NCBI RefSeq assembly: GCF_008831285.2
Contig: NC_045138.2
Span: forward strand, 34,596,001 to 34,660,000
DNA length: 64,000 nt
Direction of reading: 5' to 3'
From: Nymphaea colorata
Lineage: Eukaryota
Positions 50,760 to 64,000 of the stretch are shown here, piece by piece. A program made the position numbers and the translations under genes. The notes under the pieces were generated by a model, which saw only the letters and a list, made by a program, of their open reading frames with translations, did no database searches and was not told the DNA's origin. How positions within the stretch are numbered: position 1 is the first letter of the stretch; each line of letters opens with the position of its first letter.

Positions 50760-53700
50760 ATGGACTCCTACCCTCCATTCCAGAAGATGTACAGTACCTT
50801 ATTCCAGGATCAACACAAGTTGAACCATGAGCCCGTCGTCCAAGAGTTGGAGCTGCCACTAATAGACCTCGATCAACTGAAAACAGGAGGCCGAAGAAGA
50901 GAAGACTGCTTAAGAGCTATTGGGAAGGCTTCATCGGAGTGGGGCTTCTTTCAGGTTGTGAATCACGGCATATCCAGCGACCTCTTGAAGAGGATGAGGA
51001 GCGAGCAGGCCAAGGTTTTCGGCCTGCCATTCGAGAAGAAGGCCAACGAGAAACTCATCGACTTCTCTACCAACACGTATCGTTGGGGTGCACCTTCTGC
51101 GACCAGCCTTCAACAATTATCCTGGTCGGAAGCTTTCCATATTCCACTTACGAAGTGTTCAGAATCTAAAATTCAACACAACACCCTGAGGTACTACTTT
51201 AAACGACATTCCTTGGAACTTTTGTTTTCTTACACTTATATATATTTCTTTACTGACAGAAGAATGTTATATATGAATTGGTACGTGCTTGGATGTTCAT
51301 ATTCCAAACGAAAACGAGCTTTCTTGTGAATTGGTTTGACAATCGATCTTTTAGTTTATGGTTTTATGGAGCCTTTGCGTTCATCTTAGCAAAAAAACAT
51401 GTTCAACCTCTTGACATAGGCTCTGCTAGTTAAAATTGAAGAGGTAGTGTTGTTCGTCTTTATTCTGCTCCTATAGGCACGTTAGCTGATGTGTTTTACA
51501 TGGTGGGTATGCTCAATGCCTGTACAGCATGGTGGCAGAGTCGCGCTACGGAAGGTGCGTCCATGATTAGGGCTGAGCTTATGATCTTGATTCTCTGGAG
51601 AAAGCATTGGTGGCTCTCAGAATTAGCAGAGCACCATGCAAACACTTTTTCTTCTTTATGACAAGAATCGATGGAATCCTTCCCTAGCTAGCTATCTCCT
51701 TTCTCAAAGGCCGACTTTTAGTTGTGCTTAGATGCATGCCACGTTTCCTTCCTGCACCATTTATAACAAGAAAGGTCGTGCTCATATAGTTTTCCATATG
51801 TCTGTGTATGTGGGCCAATCAGGAAGCAGGCCGGCCTATTAAAGAAGACCACGCCACGATGGTGAAAAACTTGTGCCTAAGTTCCTCGCTCTCTAGGGCC
51901 ACCCTTAGCTCTCTTTACAGAAAATAAAAGGGAAAAGGGCCTCATATTTCTCCATTAACGTCTTACATCGGTCCAGATTTCAATAGAATGCCAGAAAATT
52001 TCTTATTCTGATCTCTTACGTTCTAAAGAAAAAGAAAACAAAAAAGGAATTGTTGGAACCCAAAAGAGAAAATTTCAAACTGTAAATTAAAGGTGACTGT
52101 TTAGAGAGCATAGTCAAGTGGTACTACTCATTTGAAAAATTCAAAGAACATGGCACCAATATTAGATAAAAAAAAAGTTAGCAAAGGCGAGGCGTCATTC
52201 AGGACGAAGAACAAGAAATTAGCAGCTAAAGTGAAAAGTGGAATAGCATTTTGTGAAGATGGACCAGTCCCCATAAAATCCAAGATATACTAGAGACGTG
52301 AGCACAAGGCTCACTAAATTGTATCAATGGGAATAGTGAGCCAAAAAAACAGTCAAAAAGTTCAAGCCTGAATTGATAACAACCACTGGAAGTGGTCCTG
52401 AAATTCAGAATGCACCTTTTTTCCAGGTTTGAACTCAGATTCCCTTTAGTATTCTGCACTGCACGTCCCAGCGTGTGGACATTTTACTGTAACTTTTGGA
52501 GATTCACAATTCAAAGTGAGGTTTGAATTAATTGAGTAAGGCTGACATGTACTTTATCTGAAAACTTCTTGATATGCCATATGATCAGCCGATACATGTA
52601 CCAACCTATATTATCTTATTTTTTTCAAGTTTATATAAACCTGTGTGAGCCCCACAATATCATATCGTCAGAGGGATATATCATACCCTGTATATGCTCA
52701 TGTTGATCCGTTATAGATAGGTTGCAGTTGACGACGACGAAGGGCTTCGAAATTCTCTTGCACCCTTTCTTTAGACATGGCATGGGCACCCAATTAGGAA
52801 TGTGATAATGCATGGCTAACATCCAATCCCAATACTGCCTCGACCGGTCGTTTTAGATCTTCTGCATTTGGACATTCTTGAACCAAGTTTGGTTTTCAAA
52901 TGTCAACTAAATTTGTTAATCTCTCAGCGTTCCTTCAGTATTGATGATGTACGATGATTGTTAATAAAACTCCATTAAATGTGTTTTTAATCATTTTCAG
53001 AAGAACGATTGATGAGTACGCGGCGGCCGTCTCAGACCTAGCACAGAAACTGGCTCATCTGCTGGCAGAGAATCTGGGATTCATGAGGACGAGCTATTTT
53101 GCGCAAAATTGTGGCTCGAGTTCATGCTATCTACGACTTAATCGATACCCGCCTTGCCCAATTGCTTCGGAGATTTGTGGGTTAATTTCTCATACTGACA
53201 GCGATTTCCTCACCATTTTGCACCAAGACCAAGTAGGGGGTCTGCAATTGAAGAAGGATGGCAAATGGGTCACGGTCAAGCCCAACGACAAGGCACTTAT
53301 AGTCAACATCGGTGACTTGTTTCAGGTACTTAATTTCGTGCTCCCAGTACGTCTATAAATTAGTATAATATGCATCGGCCTTGTTCCTTTTACTGATATC
53401 GGGTTCCTAATAATTGAGATCATGGTGAATGACGTCGTTTGCCAGAAACAACTTTGTGACGCCTGGCTAAAAGGCTCTTGAATTGCAAAAGAATTCTGTC
53501 ACCTTTGAGAGATCAATCACTCATCAACTCTATGTTATATATAAGTCGCATACAATAGGAGGAGTTGGTCTTTAATTTAAATCAACAGGAACCTGCTATA
53601 TTACATATATGGCTTATAATATGATAATCCCCATCATGCCAACTTGGTTGGAGTCGATTGTTTTTAAGTCCAACCTTGTTTGCCAATCTAAGAGCAAAAC

Positions 53701-54032
53701 TGAATTTTTTTTTATAGTTTTTTCAAATTTGCCTCACAACCTTAGTAGTCTATGGTGATGCTGCCATGCTTATTAATGTTTGGCTGTTTTTGTATGGGCA
53801 GGCATGGAGCAACAATGCTTATAAAAGCGTGGAGCATAGAGTGATTGCTAACAAGGAAGTAGAAAGGTTCTCTGTGGCTTTCTTCCTTTGCCCTTCCTAT
53901 GATACCATTATACGTAGCTGCAGAGAACCTGTTATCTACAGGCAGTTTAGCTTTGGGGAGTTCAGGCAGCAAGTGCAAGAAGATGTCAGGAACACCGGCC
54001 ACAAAATTGGACTTGCCAGATTTCTTGCTTGA
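50760..54032 (+). CDS. GA2ox8: Gibberellin 2-oxidase, C20-GA class (GA2ox8-like 2OG-Fe(II) dioxygenase)
   Basis: Exons 50760-51190, 53001-53325, 53802-54032. Motifs LPLIDL, WGFFQVVNHG, YRWG, LSWSEAFH (typical of C20 GA2ox), HTD...H iron ligands and RFS. Confidence 0.9.
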
Positions 54033-54839
54033 ACTGACTCGCATAAATATTGTTCTAAGATAGCAAACTAAACTAATTCAATGCGTGCACGATGAGGTTC
54101 CAAGTTGGCAGGTTGAAGATGTGCAAATAACAGAAGAAATTGATCGATTAGCAGGAAAAATAAGGCTTGGTTCGAGTTCATGTTCATGCTAATTAGTCTC
54201 GTAGGGATAGCGAACATTAATGGCCCATAGCAACAACGACATCGCAATAACGTAGATGTATGCCACGAGTATTCCATTGGCAGCTACAAGAATCAGGTGT
54301 CTGGCCTAATCTGTTGAGAAAGAAGTCGTCTGTGCAAGCCCTTTCTCATTGTGCATGTATTTGTTAGTTAGTTTCTTATATAATATATACATGTGTTTTC
54401 AGTTAGTGACGTATAAATTTGACGAACGGTCATTTTGCGTGACCTTGGGGCTCTTCGGGCTCGTCATCTTTCGAGATAAGAAATGAGACTTAATATGTTA
54501 TCATGTCGTCGATTAAGATATACTTATGTGACGAAAACTTTTAATGTGTACCTCTCGTAGTACTTACCAGGTAGCCATGACTATGAGCCGACTCGTATCA
54601 TATGATATCGGAGGTGAAGTACATAGCTGAAATTGGAAAGATTGATTGATCCGAGCGAACACTTGACCTCGAGTTTCGGTGAAGCATTCGCAACGACCCT
54701 TGTTTGAGAACAAGCGTTCCAAGGTCATCCTCTTCTTCGCCATTTTTCTCAAAAGTAAAAGCCCCCGTCACTCGGGAAGAAAAACATTGACTTTGAAGAT
54801 TACCTTTCCATCCTCGCCCTTTCAAAAAGCAGGATTTCG

Positions 54840-55000
54840 CGCCGTAAACCTCCTCCCTCCCCTTCAAGTTTCCCACCGTTTCCTTCTTCTTCTCCTTTTC
54901 TAACCTCTTCTTCTTTTCCTTTCTTGATTTCCATTCCGTTCGCTATACAACCATCTCTCTCTCTGCTCTTTCTATCGCGGGTCGACAACATTTGATCGAG
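54840..55000 (+). other. Putative non-coding 5' exon of the BTF3-like gene
   Basis: CT-rich leader ending in GAG|GTATGC at 55000/55001; the ATG at 57846 directly follows a CAG acceptor. Start coordinate approximate. Confidence 0.5.
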
Positions 55001-57845
55001 GTATGCATTCCCCTATTAACATTCTCTTCCAATTCTTCGCTAAATTCCGGAATATTATTGTTAGCTCGATTGGTCTTTGGAAACTCGAAATCAAGATTCA
55101 CTCGGTAAATGCGATAGACTAGGATCTTGTTTTCGGTCCCTGCATTCCATTCTTGCGTTCTTCTGCGCAGAAATATATGCGACTTCTTTGCCTTCTTTAG
55201 AGTTTAATTGTGGATTACTACGTCTTACTTAAGTGAGATCATTCACCAGCTTAATCTTGTTTCTTATGTGAGAGATGACTCTGTTTTTTCCGCTTCATCT
55301 TGACATTGCTTTTTCTGCCATGCGCGACGTTTGTGGTGAATTTACTTCACTGATCCTGATTGGGTACCGTATGGTCCCTGGGTCGCGATCCAAACGTTGT
55401 CTTTGTTTTCCATTGGTTGGTTTTGCAGGAAGCAAGTGCAGGCCCTTGCTACCTTCTCGCTTTTATGGCCACACTTACGGTTGTTCATAGTTGATCATCG
55501 ATATGTAGCATGTCTAATATTGATGGAAATGATGTAGAGATCGGAAGCACATGCGGTATGAGGCTACATGCGTGTGACAATCAAATGGCTTGCACCCTTT
55601 CATGTCCATGTCCCGTTTGAGCTAGTCGTTGCGTCCGCGTGTTGCTAGACCTTGTTTGAGACACATTTCCCTGTTTGCAGCTGATCTTTCTTATTGGATA
55701 TCCCTCTTCTTGTTTTTTACTGTAGTCGAAAAGAAAAGAAGGGGGTCCAAATAAGGGTTCTTTGAGCGAAGCAATTTCCCTATAACTTGCAAATAGCCCT
55801 TTGAGCGAAGCAATTTCATCAACTGTCATTGTTGATGAGTGTTGCCTTCCCAAAACAAAAAGGAAATTCTGAGGGAAAAGCCATTGCTTGCTGTGACCCT
55901 GTAGCCTGTAGGATTATGGGGAAACTTTTTACTGAATTTTCCTGAGATTTTTATGAATTTGACTTTGACTTATTCGCAGTTGTCTCTAGTGTATTTAGAG
56001 TGGCCAGTTTTCCGCACATACGGATGCAGGGCCTACACTTGCTTCAAGAGAGAAATAGTTTGAGTGTTATACTACTAATATAAATTTTAAAAGAAACATC
56101 TTTCATTCAGATCGTCTACTAGACCCTTATCTGTTGTGTTCGAAAGGATGCAATCGTACATTGCTTCGTATCGGCCTACAGCACCGTACACTTACTGCAA
56201 ATATGTGAAATAGACAGTTAAGGAACTGCTGACATGAAGACAGAAGCTGATCATTTTACCTTGGAGATGGTTTTGATGCAAACCAAAATTTGTTAGGAGT
56301 ATGGTCAACTTTAATCGTGGCCATAATGCTGTTACCTGCGGCTAGCGCTGACCAACATGACATTCGTCACTTTACCAAGTATTCAATAATAAGCAATAAA
56401 CCTTATGTTGTAATACGATTTTCATTCTTCTACTGTAGCTCCTAACTTGATTGCCGTAACAAAGCCCTAGATGTCGAAAACTATTACTTGTGGTTGAAGT
56501 GTACCTAAGAAAGGTGACATTTATTTTTCCAATGGAAAGAAAATTTAGAGAAGCTCGTTTGTTGGTAGTAGGCATCCGTCTTCCTGTATACTAAGAAGTT
56601 CACCCTCGCTTTTTTTTTTTTTTTTTTTTTTACGATCCGCTTGTTTGTTAATGGATTGATTTTTGCTCATTTGTTAATTTTCTCTGTCGCTTTCTTCTTA
56701 CCTCCATGTTTCTCAGTATTGATTTTGACGACCTCTATTTCTTGCTCGTCCCCGGCCATTTTGGCTTACTCAGTTCAGTTGCCACCTCTAGTAACTTTCT
56801 AAAACTCACTGCTACACTTCTACATCTCACATGCTTCTTGTCATCTTCTATCCTTATAACCAAAGACAGAACATTAACCCTTGAATAATGACAAGCAATG
56901 ACCAGCAGTGGTGTCCGTTCAATAGGTCTTATTGCGGATCACTGTCTTCTCTCCACAGCTAGATCAGTATGGCACCTCATACCGTCGGTAGTACGGCAGT
57001 TACTCATGCCTTAGATTGCGGTAGGATGCAGAGGACTCCTGAAAATCACAAACACAAGCACGAGGCAGTATTTAGCAGGGTGTAGGATCCCCTTGGTGGA
57101 TAAAGTTATTTGATACATGATATGAGATGCTGGCAAAAGACGAGGAGGGATTCTGAAACCTTCGAGGAAGTTAAGAATTTTAACAATCGAAAGGCTGTAT
57201 AAGGCTCGAGATTTCGTTAATGCGGATCCATGAAGGATGATCATAAGAAAGATACATTGTAGGATCTTTTCCTACTTCTTCGAGAACCAGAACAGATGGA
57301 GCTTTACCGTCTATGATCACTCCCCCAGTAGAAAACTCTGGGATAGCACGCCAAGCTTTCCCCTACGATAGATCACGGTGGCATTTGAGCTTACGGCTAG
57401 GCCTTTAGAAATATAGATTTTAACCTGAGTCGCAACGGGAATGTGACTGATGCTTGCGATAAATAACATTCATTACCACGGTCTAGTGTCTTTTGAACGA
57501 CCTAGAATTTCCTTTTTCGTGTTGATGAGGAAAATTTCTAATCTGTAAAAAGATGACGGATAAATCGATAAACTGATTAGATGACAGAAGCATAAATAAA
57601 AGAAATGTTGGTGAAACCGTGAAAGCAACATGTTGCAGTGAAAATCTTCAGAAAATATGGAGGAGAGACAGGAGAGTGCACCTCAGACAAGTAGAGAAAC
57701 TGTTTTGAGGAAACGATCAGGAAAGTACGTGGAAGTCTGGTGACACAAACCTTCTGCATGTTTATAACTTGCAAATAGCCCTTTTTCTTATTTTTACCCA
57801 AAAACGAAGAGGATCACATTCTTACACCCACTCTCTATGACACAG

Positions 57846-59058
57846 ATGGATCCAGAAAAACTTAAGAAGATGCAGAGTGCTGTGAGAACAGGAGGTCGTG
57901 GAACAGCTCGCAGGTGATCCATGCTTTCTGCACTGCTAATGAACGACTTGATACGATGTTATGCTTAATGATTGCCATGCTCTTCTCAGATGTTTGGTAC
58001 AACTCTGTTTTTCTGACAGTAAGAACTGTATCCACCTGGCTTAAGGGTTGAACCAAAAGTCGTTCAAGTTAAAAAGAAGATCAAGTGTTTCCAACACCCA
58101 GGCTTGCATCTGCCTAATCTCCCGCTTAACCGTCATTCTGTCCCCAAAACAGAAGAACTTGCCGTTTGACTTTGTTTTGCTGTCCACGCTTAATTTAAAT
58201 ACCTGACCATAATCTTCAATGCTGTGAACCGTAATGGTCAAGGATGTATTAGCTTTCCAGGTTGCATGATCATACATGATAGAGTGGATTAGTAGGGGAT
58301 ATTCTATCTTAATGGCCCCGTGTGACGATGGAGGGCTTATTGGTCCAGCAAAAGTTGGCTGAATACCAACCTGCGCTGATGATGATCAGTATTTCTTAAA
58401 TCCGGAATTTCTTAGACGCATACTCGCATACGAAGTACGAACTCTCTCCAACACATACACGAGCACCTTTCTCTGATATCATGGATGGTGTCTAACAACA
58501 GAAAAAAGGCAGTCCACAAGGGAGGTCAAATTGACGAGAAAAGGTTGCAGGGCATCCACAAAAAGAATTCGGCAGCTTTAGTTGCAGGTGCTAATGAAGC
58601 AAAGATCTACATTGGTGAAACTATCCTACATATAGTGAACGCTACAGGTGCCTCTTTCTCTGTCTCTCTCTCTCTCTATCTCTCTCTCACATATCGTCTG
58701 ATTGTGCAGTAAAACATTCTCAATCTGCCAACTATCACGTGGTCACCGGCAGCACCCATGCAGAAAGTATTATCTCCTGCCAATTTGTTTAGGCGCATCA
58801 GCCATTCACATTTGATTGCTTTAGCTCAGTAAGGTCATTTATGCTTACGTGTTTGTTACATTTTCTGATTCACAGCAATGGCGGTTAATTGTCCGCAACC
58901 GATTGCAGACAAGCAAGGTAAAAAAAAAAAAGGCTGTCAAATGGTGTAAATATGTTGCTGAGCAGCATGGATAACCTTTCTGACTTGCAGGTGGCCGAGC
59001 ACCAGCTCGAAGCACCTGCGCGCAGGCGTCAACATTACACTGCTACCGCAAAACTTGA
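57846..59058 (+). CDS. Divergent nascent polypeptide-associated complex beta (BTF3-like)
   Basis: Exons 57846-57913, 58502-58647, 58710-58766, 58876-58917, 58991-59058 (126 aa). MDPEKLKKMQSAVRTGGRGTARRKKAVHK...DEKRLQ...SANYHVVTGS; the last exon is the least certain. Confidence 0.75.
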
Positions 59059-59374
59059 TGCAATTTCGAGGCAGGTTTTGAAGAAACAAATTCTGATGTA
59101 TGTCTTTCACAGTGCCAAATGTGTACAGCAATTTTGCCAAATTCTAGTCAGGTTACAGCGAAAAAATCAGCTTCCATGAGTTTTTCAAGTCCTAATTAGA
59201 GTTAGAATGATACAAACATGTCTAGTTGCAGCACTGTACAGTGCGTATACATTTCTCTCGTTGTGTACTTGTGGTATTTGCTCGTTCTATTACACAGCTC
59301 TATGCGGTGCCAACCGAACTCATCTGTATCTTCAAGCGTCCATTTATACGAGTAATTTGATTTTCACTTAAATT

Positions 59375-59560
59375 TAGGGGTGAAGTCAGGAATTTTTTAT
59401 TAAAGGAGCCGAACTATATTTTTAAAATTTTAATAGGAGTCAAACTGAAATTTTTCAAAATTTTTACATTGGCTAAGTTAAAATTTTAAAAAAAAATTAA
59501 TTTTTGACATTTTGAGGGAGCCCAAGGCCCCTGCCGGTTCCCCTTGGCTCTCTGCTCTGC
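59375..59560. mobile_element. Degenerate short MITE-like element
   Basis: GC-rich, imperfectly inverted ends (taggggtgaagtcagg ... ccttggctctctgctctg) around an AT-rich core; TSD not resolved. Confidence 0.4.
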
Positions 59561-61038
59561 TAAGAAATAGCTGGTGTGAATAGTGCTTTGGTTGCCGTTG
59601 TTACAATTCCTGCAATTGTTTTACATTATCAAACGCCTCGCCGTACTATTTTCAAGTTAAAAGTTGCTTCGGCAGATGAGGATTTGAATGAAGCGACTCA
59701 AGAAGAGTTTTCAGGACGCTGTTGCAGAGGCATTTGGAGCATGAAGAGGTAGTAAAAAATTTTGCGCCTTTCGCATGGAGCAAAACCATAACAACGAAGG
59801 GTGGTAAAAGCACATATTGGCCTGAATCGACCTCTTCCAGTGGATTCGGAGGCAAACCAATTCGATTTTGTTGCTGATTCAAGAGTGCCACGCCTACGTT
59901 TTTAATTATTTTTAACATCTGAAATATTTTTCTTACTGTTAAGTGTTAACTATCGTTTAAATATTTTCATTTATTTTTTTCAAAATGATCGCTTTATTGT
60001 TTTTTACAACTATCAATTGATTCAGCTGAACCGACAAATTGGCTGATTCATGGAATTAGCAGCTCACTGATTCAGCTCCTAAATCGATTCAAGCAACACT
60101 ACTTGTATCAATTTAGGCATCAAATTCTTGTGTATAATGCTTATTCCAACTGATGTCATATTTTATAGGGTCAACAGTTTCAATCACTTTATTGTTTCAT
60201 AAATTACAAGTTTTAGAAGGTGAAAATTCAATAGCCCAAAGTTCATGATCACCGATGCAAAATTATTATTTTCGGTTCAATTTTGGCAGTAAAAACGCAA
60301 ATTACTGCTTTTCAAGATAACCAACAGCACAGTTTTCGTTTTCTGAAGGTTTACAGTAAAATTTAAATCACAAATTTGTAAACCGGTCGCTGCCCCAAAC
60401 ATTTGTTTGTCTTGGCAAAATCATGATACCTTTCGTTGTGAAAAAAAATGTCACAAAGTCCTACTTATCGAAGAAAAATAAAATTCTGAACAAGGAAATC
60501 TCTGCGTAGTAACATAAAAAATATTTTAGAGTACAGGATAGTCAAAGACCAGTATCTCCATCAATAAAAGAAAAGTAATGGCATTTTATCTGATCGGGCA
60601 AGAAAAGGAACTCCCATTTGGTTTTGATCAAGTGATCACCCTCACAATATTCTGATCTGGCGATTCGGTTAGCCCCAGTGAGTGGGCACTAGGATCTCTG
60701 GATTCCAAGCTGGCCATAATTACAAAACCTGAGTTCGGAAATGTAACTCTCAAAAGAATATGAAAGAATAGATCGTCTATGAGGACATCACAGAAAAGTT
60801 ACGTATTACAGATAAAACCGAACCACAACCACTACTGCCATGTACAATACCTGGAGCCTTCTGATGAGTTACCGAACTTCTCAAGTGAAGAATCAAACAT
60901 CAACAACCCAGTGGGATTCCATGGACTCGACGAACACCCAATCCAACATGTTGATCTCATGGAACCAATTACTGGGACACCCCATGAGTGAATTCACTGC
61001 CGGCTCATTACCGCAAGTATAAAAGTGCTTCTCATTGT

Positions 61039-64000
61039 CTACATATTTGAATTCAATTTGTGTCTCACACAGACAAGATCATCCAACTTGTTGCCATCCA
61101 TCTTATAGAGTGAGACACCCTCCATTTGAATATAGTGTTCTTGTGCTTCTTTTCTAAGTCTTTCAAATGGCATTACTTCCCATTTCATGTAATTTGAAGT
61201 CTTTCGGGTCTCAGACATGTCAGCTGATCTAGAAATCTTGCTAACACCAGCACTTGCAGTGCCCCAAACTTTACAGCTTCCAAACTGGCCTAACCCTTCT
61301 GAAGTGGTGCCACTTTTCTTTAAATACAGTGCTGCAGCATGAGCAGCTTTTATCACGTCTCTGCCAGGCACATCTGTCCACTCTTGTTTTCGGCCTGCCC
61401 TCATAGGTGAATGGATTCTAATAACCTGTTTATTCAAGGAATAGATTAAGGGTTAAACACACACAGATATATATATATATATATCTATATATATATATAT
61501 ATAGCCTGCACGCATGCATGCGTGCTCGCGCGCGCGAGAGAGAGAGAGAGAGAGACATACACCAAGGCACTCCAGAAGCTGATAATAAGCCCTTCCTTGT
61601 AATGGGTTGTGCCCCTGTCTTGGAGTTGAAAAGTAACGCGTCCTGCAGAGAACACAGGCATGTGTAGACATTTACAAAGACGACAGGGTTTATGAGTGCA
61701 TATAAGGTCACTACGCTCACCACTCTGTATAGCCAGGATCAACTGTGAAGCCATAGATGTCAACAATATCGCACATTGAAAGTGCTAGCTCTATTGATTT
61801 CATTCCTGTTCCTTTAGCACCTTTTCTCAAAACAATGCCTTGGAAAAGGTAAACGGGGTTTGGCAGTGTCTGCATGCACAAAAAAATTACACTGAAGAAT
61901 AGGTCAAACAAATCTATCAATGGGGAACCACCCCCCCCCCCCCAACTGTCCAGTCTCCTCATTAAGGTAAATTTTATTGGTATACATGCAACATATGAAT
62001 TTTCACAAGGTAAATGCTAGTAACTGCCAGACATGACGTAGGATATTGCCAATATAGTACCGGAAGTAGCCAATAAGTGGTTTTTTTTTTTTATTCAAGA
62101 ATTATGTACCTTTATCATTGTGTTGAAGTCCCTGTGCGTCAAACTTTTGATTATTAGCACCTCATCAGCTACAAAATCAAATATTAGGCACATAAGTCCA
62201 ATCTGAACCAAGAAAATAGATATTATCACCTAAGTGCATGAGCATGATCCTTCTGGAGTGGAACCTGATCCATAAGCTATAGAAAAAAACGTTCAGAAGA
62301 ATATTGAGCTCACCTGATCCATTGACAACAGCAATCATGTTGCGGGCAACACCCCTTGCGACTAGACGGAAGTCCCTTTTCAAGCCAACATACTTCGCAT
62401 ATTTCTAGAGCATGCAAAAGAAGCATAATCAAATACAGTATGCTAATAACTGCAAAGATGCAAAGACTGGGACTCAGCTGTCAAGTAGACCAGGAAAACT
62501 GCTTTATAGTCTTGGTCTCAATGTGATTGTGGAGAATAGCAAGCTGTGCCCCATTTATAGGCATGAATCTCCTAAGAAGATTCAACCTTGATGGGAGAAA
62601 CAAATGGAAGACAAGTGCAGTTCTTGAAACAAATATAAGTAATTAGCAACATAAAAAGAGGATCCTGACTAAAAAAAGGAAAACTTTTAATACCAAAAAT
62701 TATGCTGGTAGTCAAGCACATAACTTGGTGATTAGATTTTACTAAACCCAAAAGCAGAAGCTGAGTTTTAAATGTAAGCTTCATAAAAAACCTAAACTTC
62801 AATGCATCAGTCATCCCTTTCTTTTTCTTCTGTTAGAATTCCAGATGCCCTTTCTTACCCACATTGGCAATACAAGGATACTTCTTACAACTTCTGAAGC
62901 ATCTGATGATCATTAACCCCATGTGAGTAAGCAAATGGGTAGACCAATTACTTGCTAGAGGGGTTGTGCAACCAAGTTTTGAGGAAGAACCACTTTTTTG
63001 GTCCAATGTGTTTTATGGGCCACAACATAGCCTTTGTTAATATCTTGTTTATTTGCTACGAAGAAATCCACAGAGAAGAATTAGGTGTAGTACTCTAATT
63101 TTCCATCCTGAACATAGTTTAAGAATCAAATCAAATAAGATTTTGCATCACTGTAGTATATCATATTTATCTAAATATATAGGATAACACATTAATAACA
63201 AATAGCTCTCCTATAACACATCGAATTAACAATTGTTTTCTGTTTTCTTTTTGAAGTTCTCAGCAAAACTTAAGGCTCACCTAGGTGGTCAGGGAGGTGC
63301 ACACCTTAGAAACTAACCATGATTTTGGAGTTTGGACCACATTAAAGAACTAAACATCAAATGCAGATTCCAAAAAATAATAGTTGAGCAATAGAAATCA
63401 CTTCCCAGCCCAATGAATACACACTAAACCAGCATTTCCATATATTATATTAGATAAATATTACCTAGCAGACCTCCCAAAGGAAAAAAAAGATCGAGTA
63501 TACACCTCATTGACCGGTGCTTCATTATCTCTAATAACAGCATCATGAGCATCAATCTCCTGTCCAAACTCTGTCTTTAGAAGGTCTCCTGAGTTCCCGA
63601 CAACTGCACAGGTCCTAAATTGACGGGGAAAGAAAGGTGGTTTGGACGGCAGGACTAATTCAAGGTGCTCCTCACAAAGTGTGCGGTTGTAACATTTGTC
63701 AGCCCCTCTTCAATCAACAAAAACAAACTATCAATGCCACATTATCCATGAACTTGAAAAAATTATGCTAGAATGCAAGGAAAACCAGGTAAAAATTGTT
63801 TAGCAGCATACAATTGTGCAATCCTTTTTGCTGCATACTCTAGCCAACCATCAGGACGAGCATCTAGATATTCCCTTGTTAAGATTGTAGTCATGTTTCG
63901 ATACTGCAATTATTGAATATTAGAACACAGAACCCCAAGAGAAAAAATAAATCAAGCATCCAGTAAAATGCTATTACCTGTTCCCATAGAAGAATAGCCT
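61039..64000 (-). CDS. SIA1: Sialyltransferase-like protein, GT29 (SIA1/MGP2 type); 5' end outside the window
   Basis: Exons >64000-63978, 63903-63812, 63707-63506, 62404-62314, 62168-62110, 61869-61721, 61642-61561, 61425-61039. Sialylmotif L ([10 protein letters not shown]...[11 protein letters not shown]), motif S ([21 protein letters not shown]) and [17 protein letters not shown]. Confidence 0.93.

Noticed and set aside
58952..59179. Alternative BTF3 last-exon frame (MDNLSDLQVAEHQL, resembling DNLDNL)
   Set aside because: No AG acceptor in the required phase, and the intron would be only ~45 nt; the CTGAC...TTGCAG acceptor at 58990 fits better.

Overview
Eukaryotic, intron-rich flowering-plant genomic DNA; no prokaryotic features. 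Genes: OST3/OST6 oligosaccharyltransferase subunit (-), three intronless multi-ubiquitin-like genes (-; one intact, two decayed), ERdj7 J-domain protein (+, 10 exons), BET3/TRAPPC3 (+, 5 exons), C20-type GA 2-oxidase (+, 3 exons), a strongly diverged NAC-beta/BTF3 paralog (+, 5 coding exons) and the 3' part of a GT29 sialyltransferase-like gene (-). Mobile DNA: one full-length but disabled 5.5-kb Ty3/gypsy chromovirus, plus several hAT and Harbinger-like non-autonomous elements, mostly in BET3 introns. The most interesting unexplained structures are a ~415-nt foldback with its own TATA/intron context (candidate lineage-specific MIRNA or hairpin-siRNA locus), the splice-intact but fast-diverged NAC-beta, a duplicated non-coding terminal exon of OST3, and two different hAT elements stacked on one 8-bp target. 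All calls come from reading the sequence by eye; no searches or folding computations were run.
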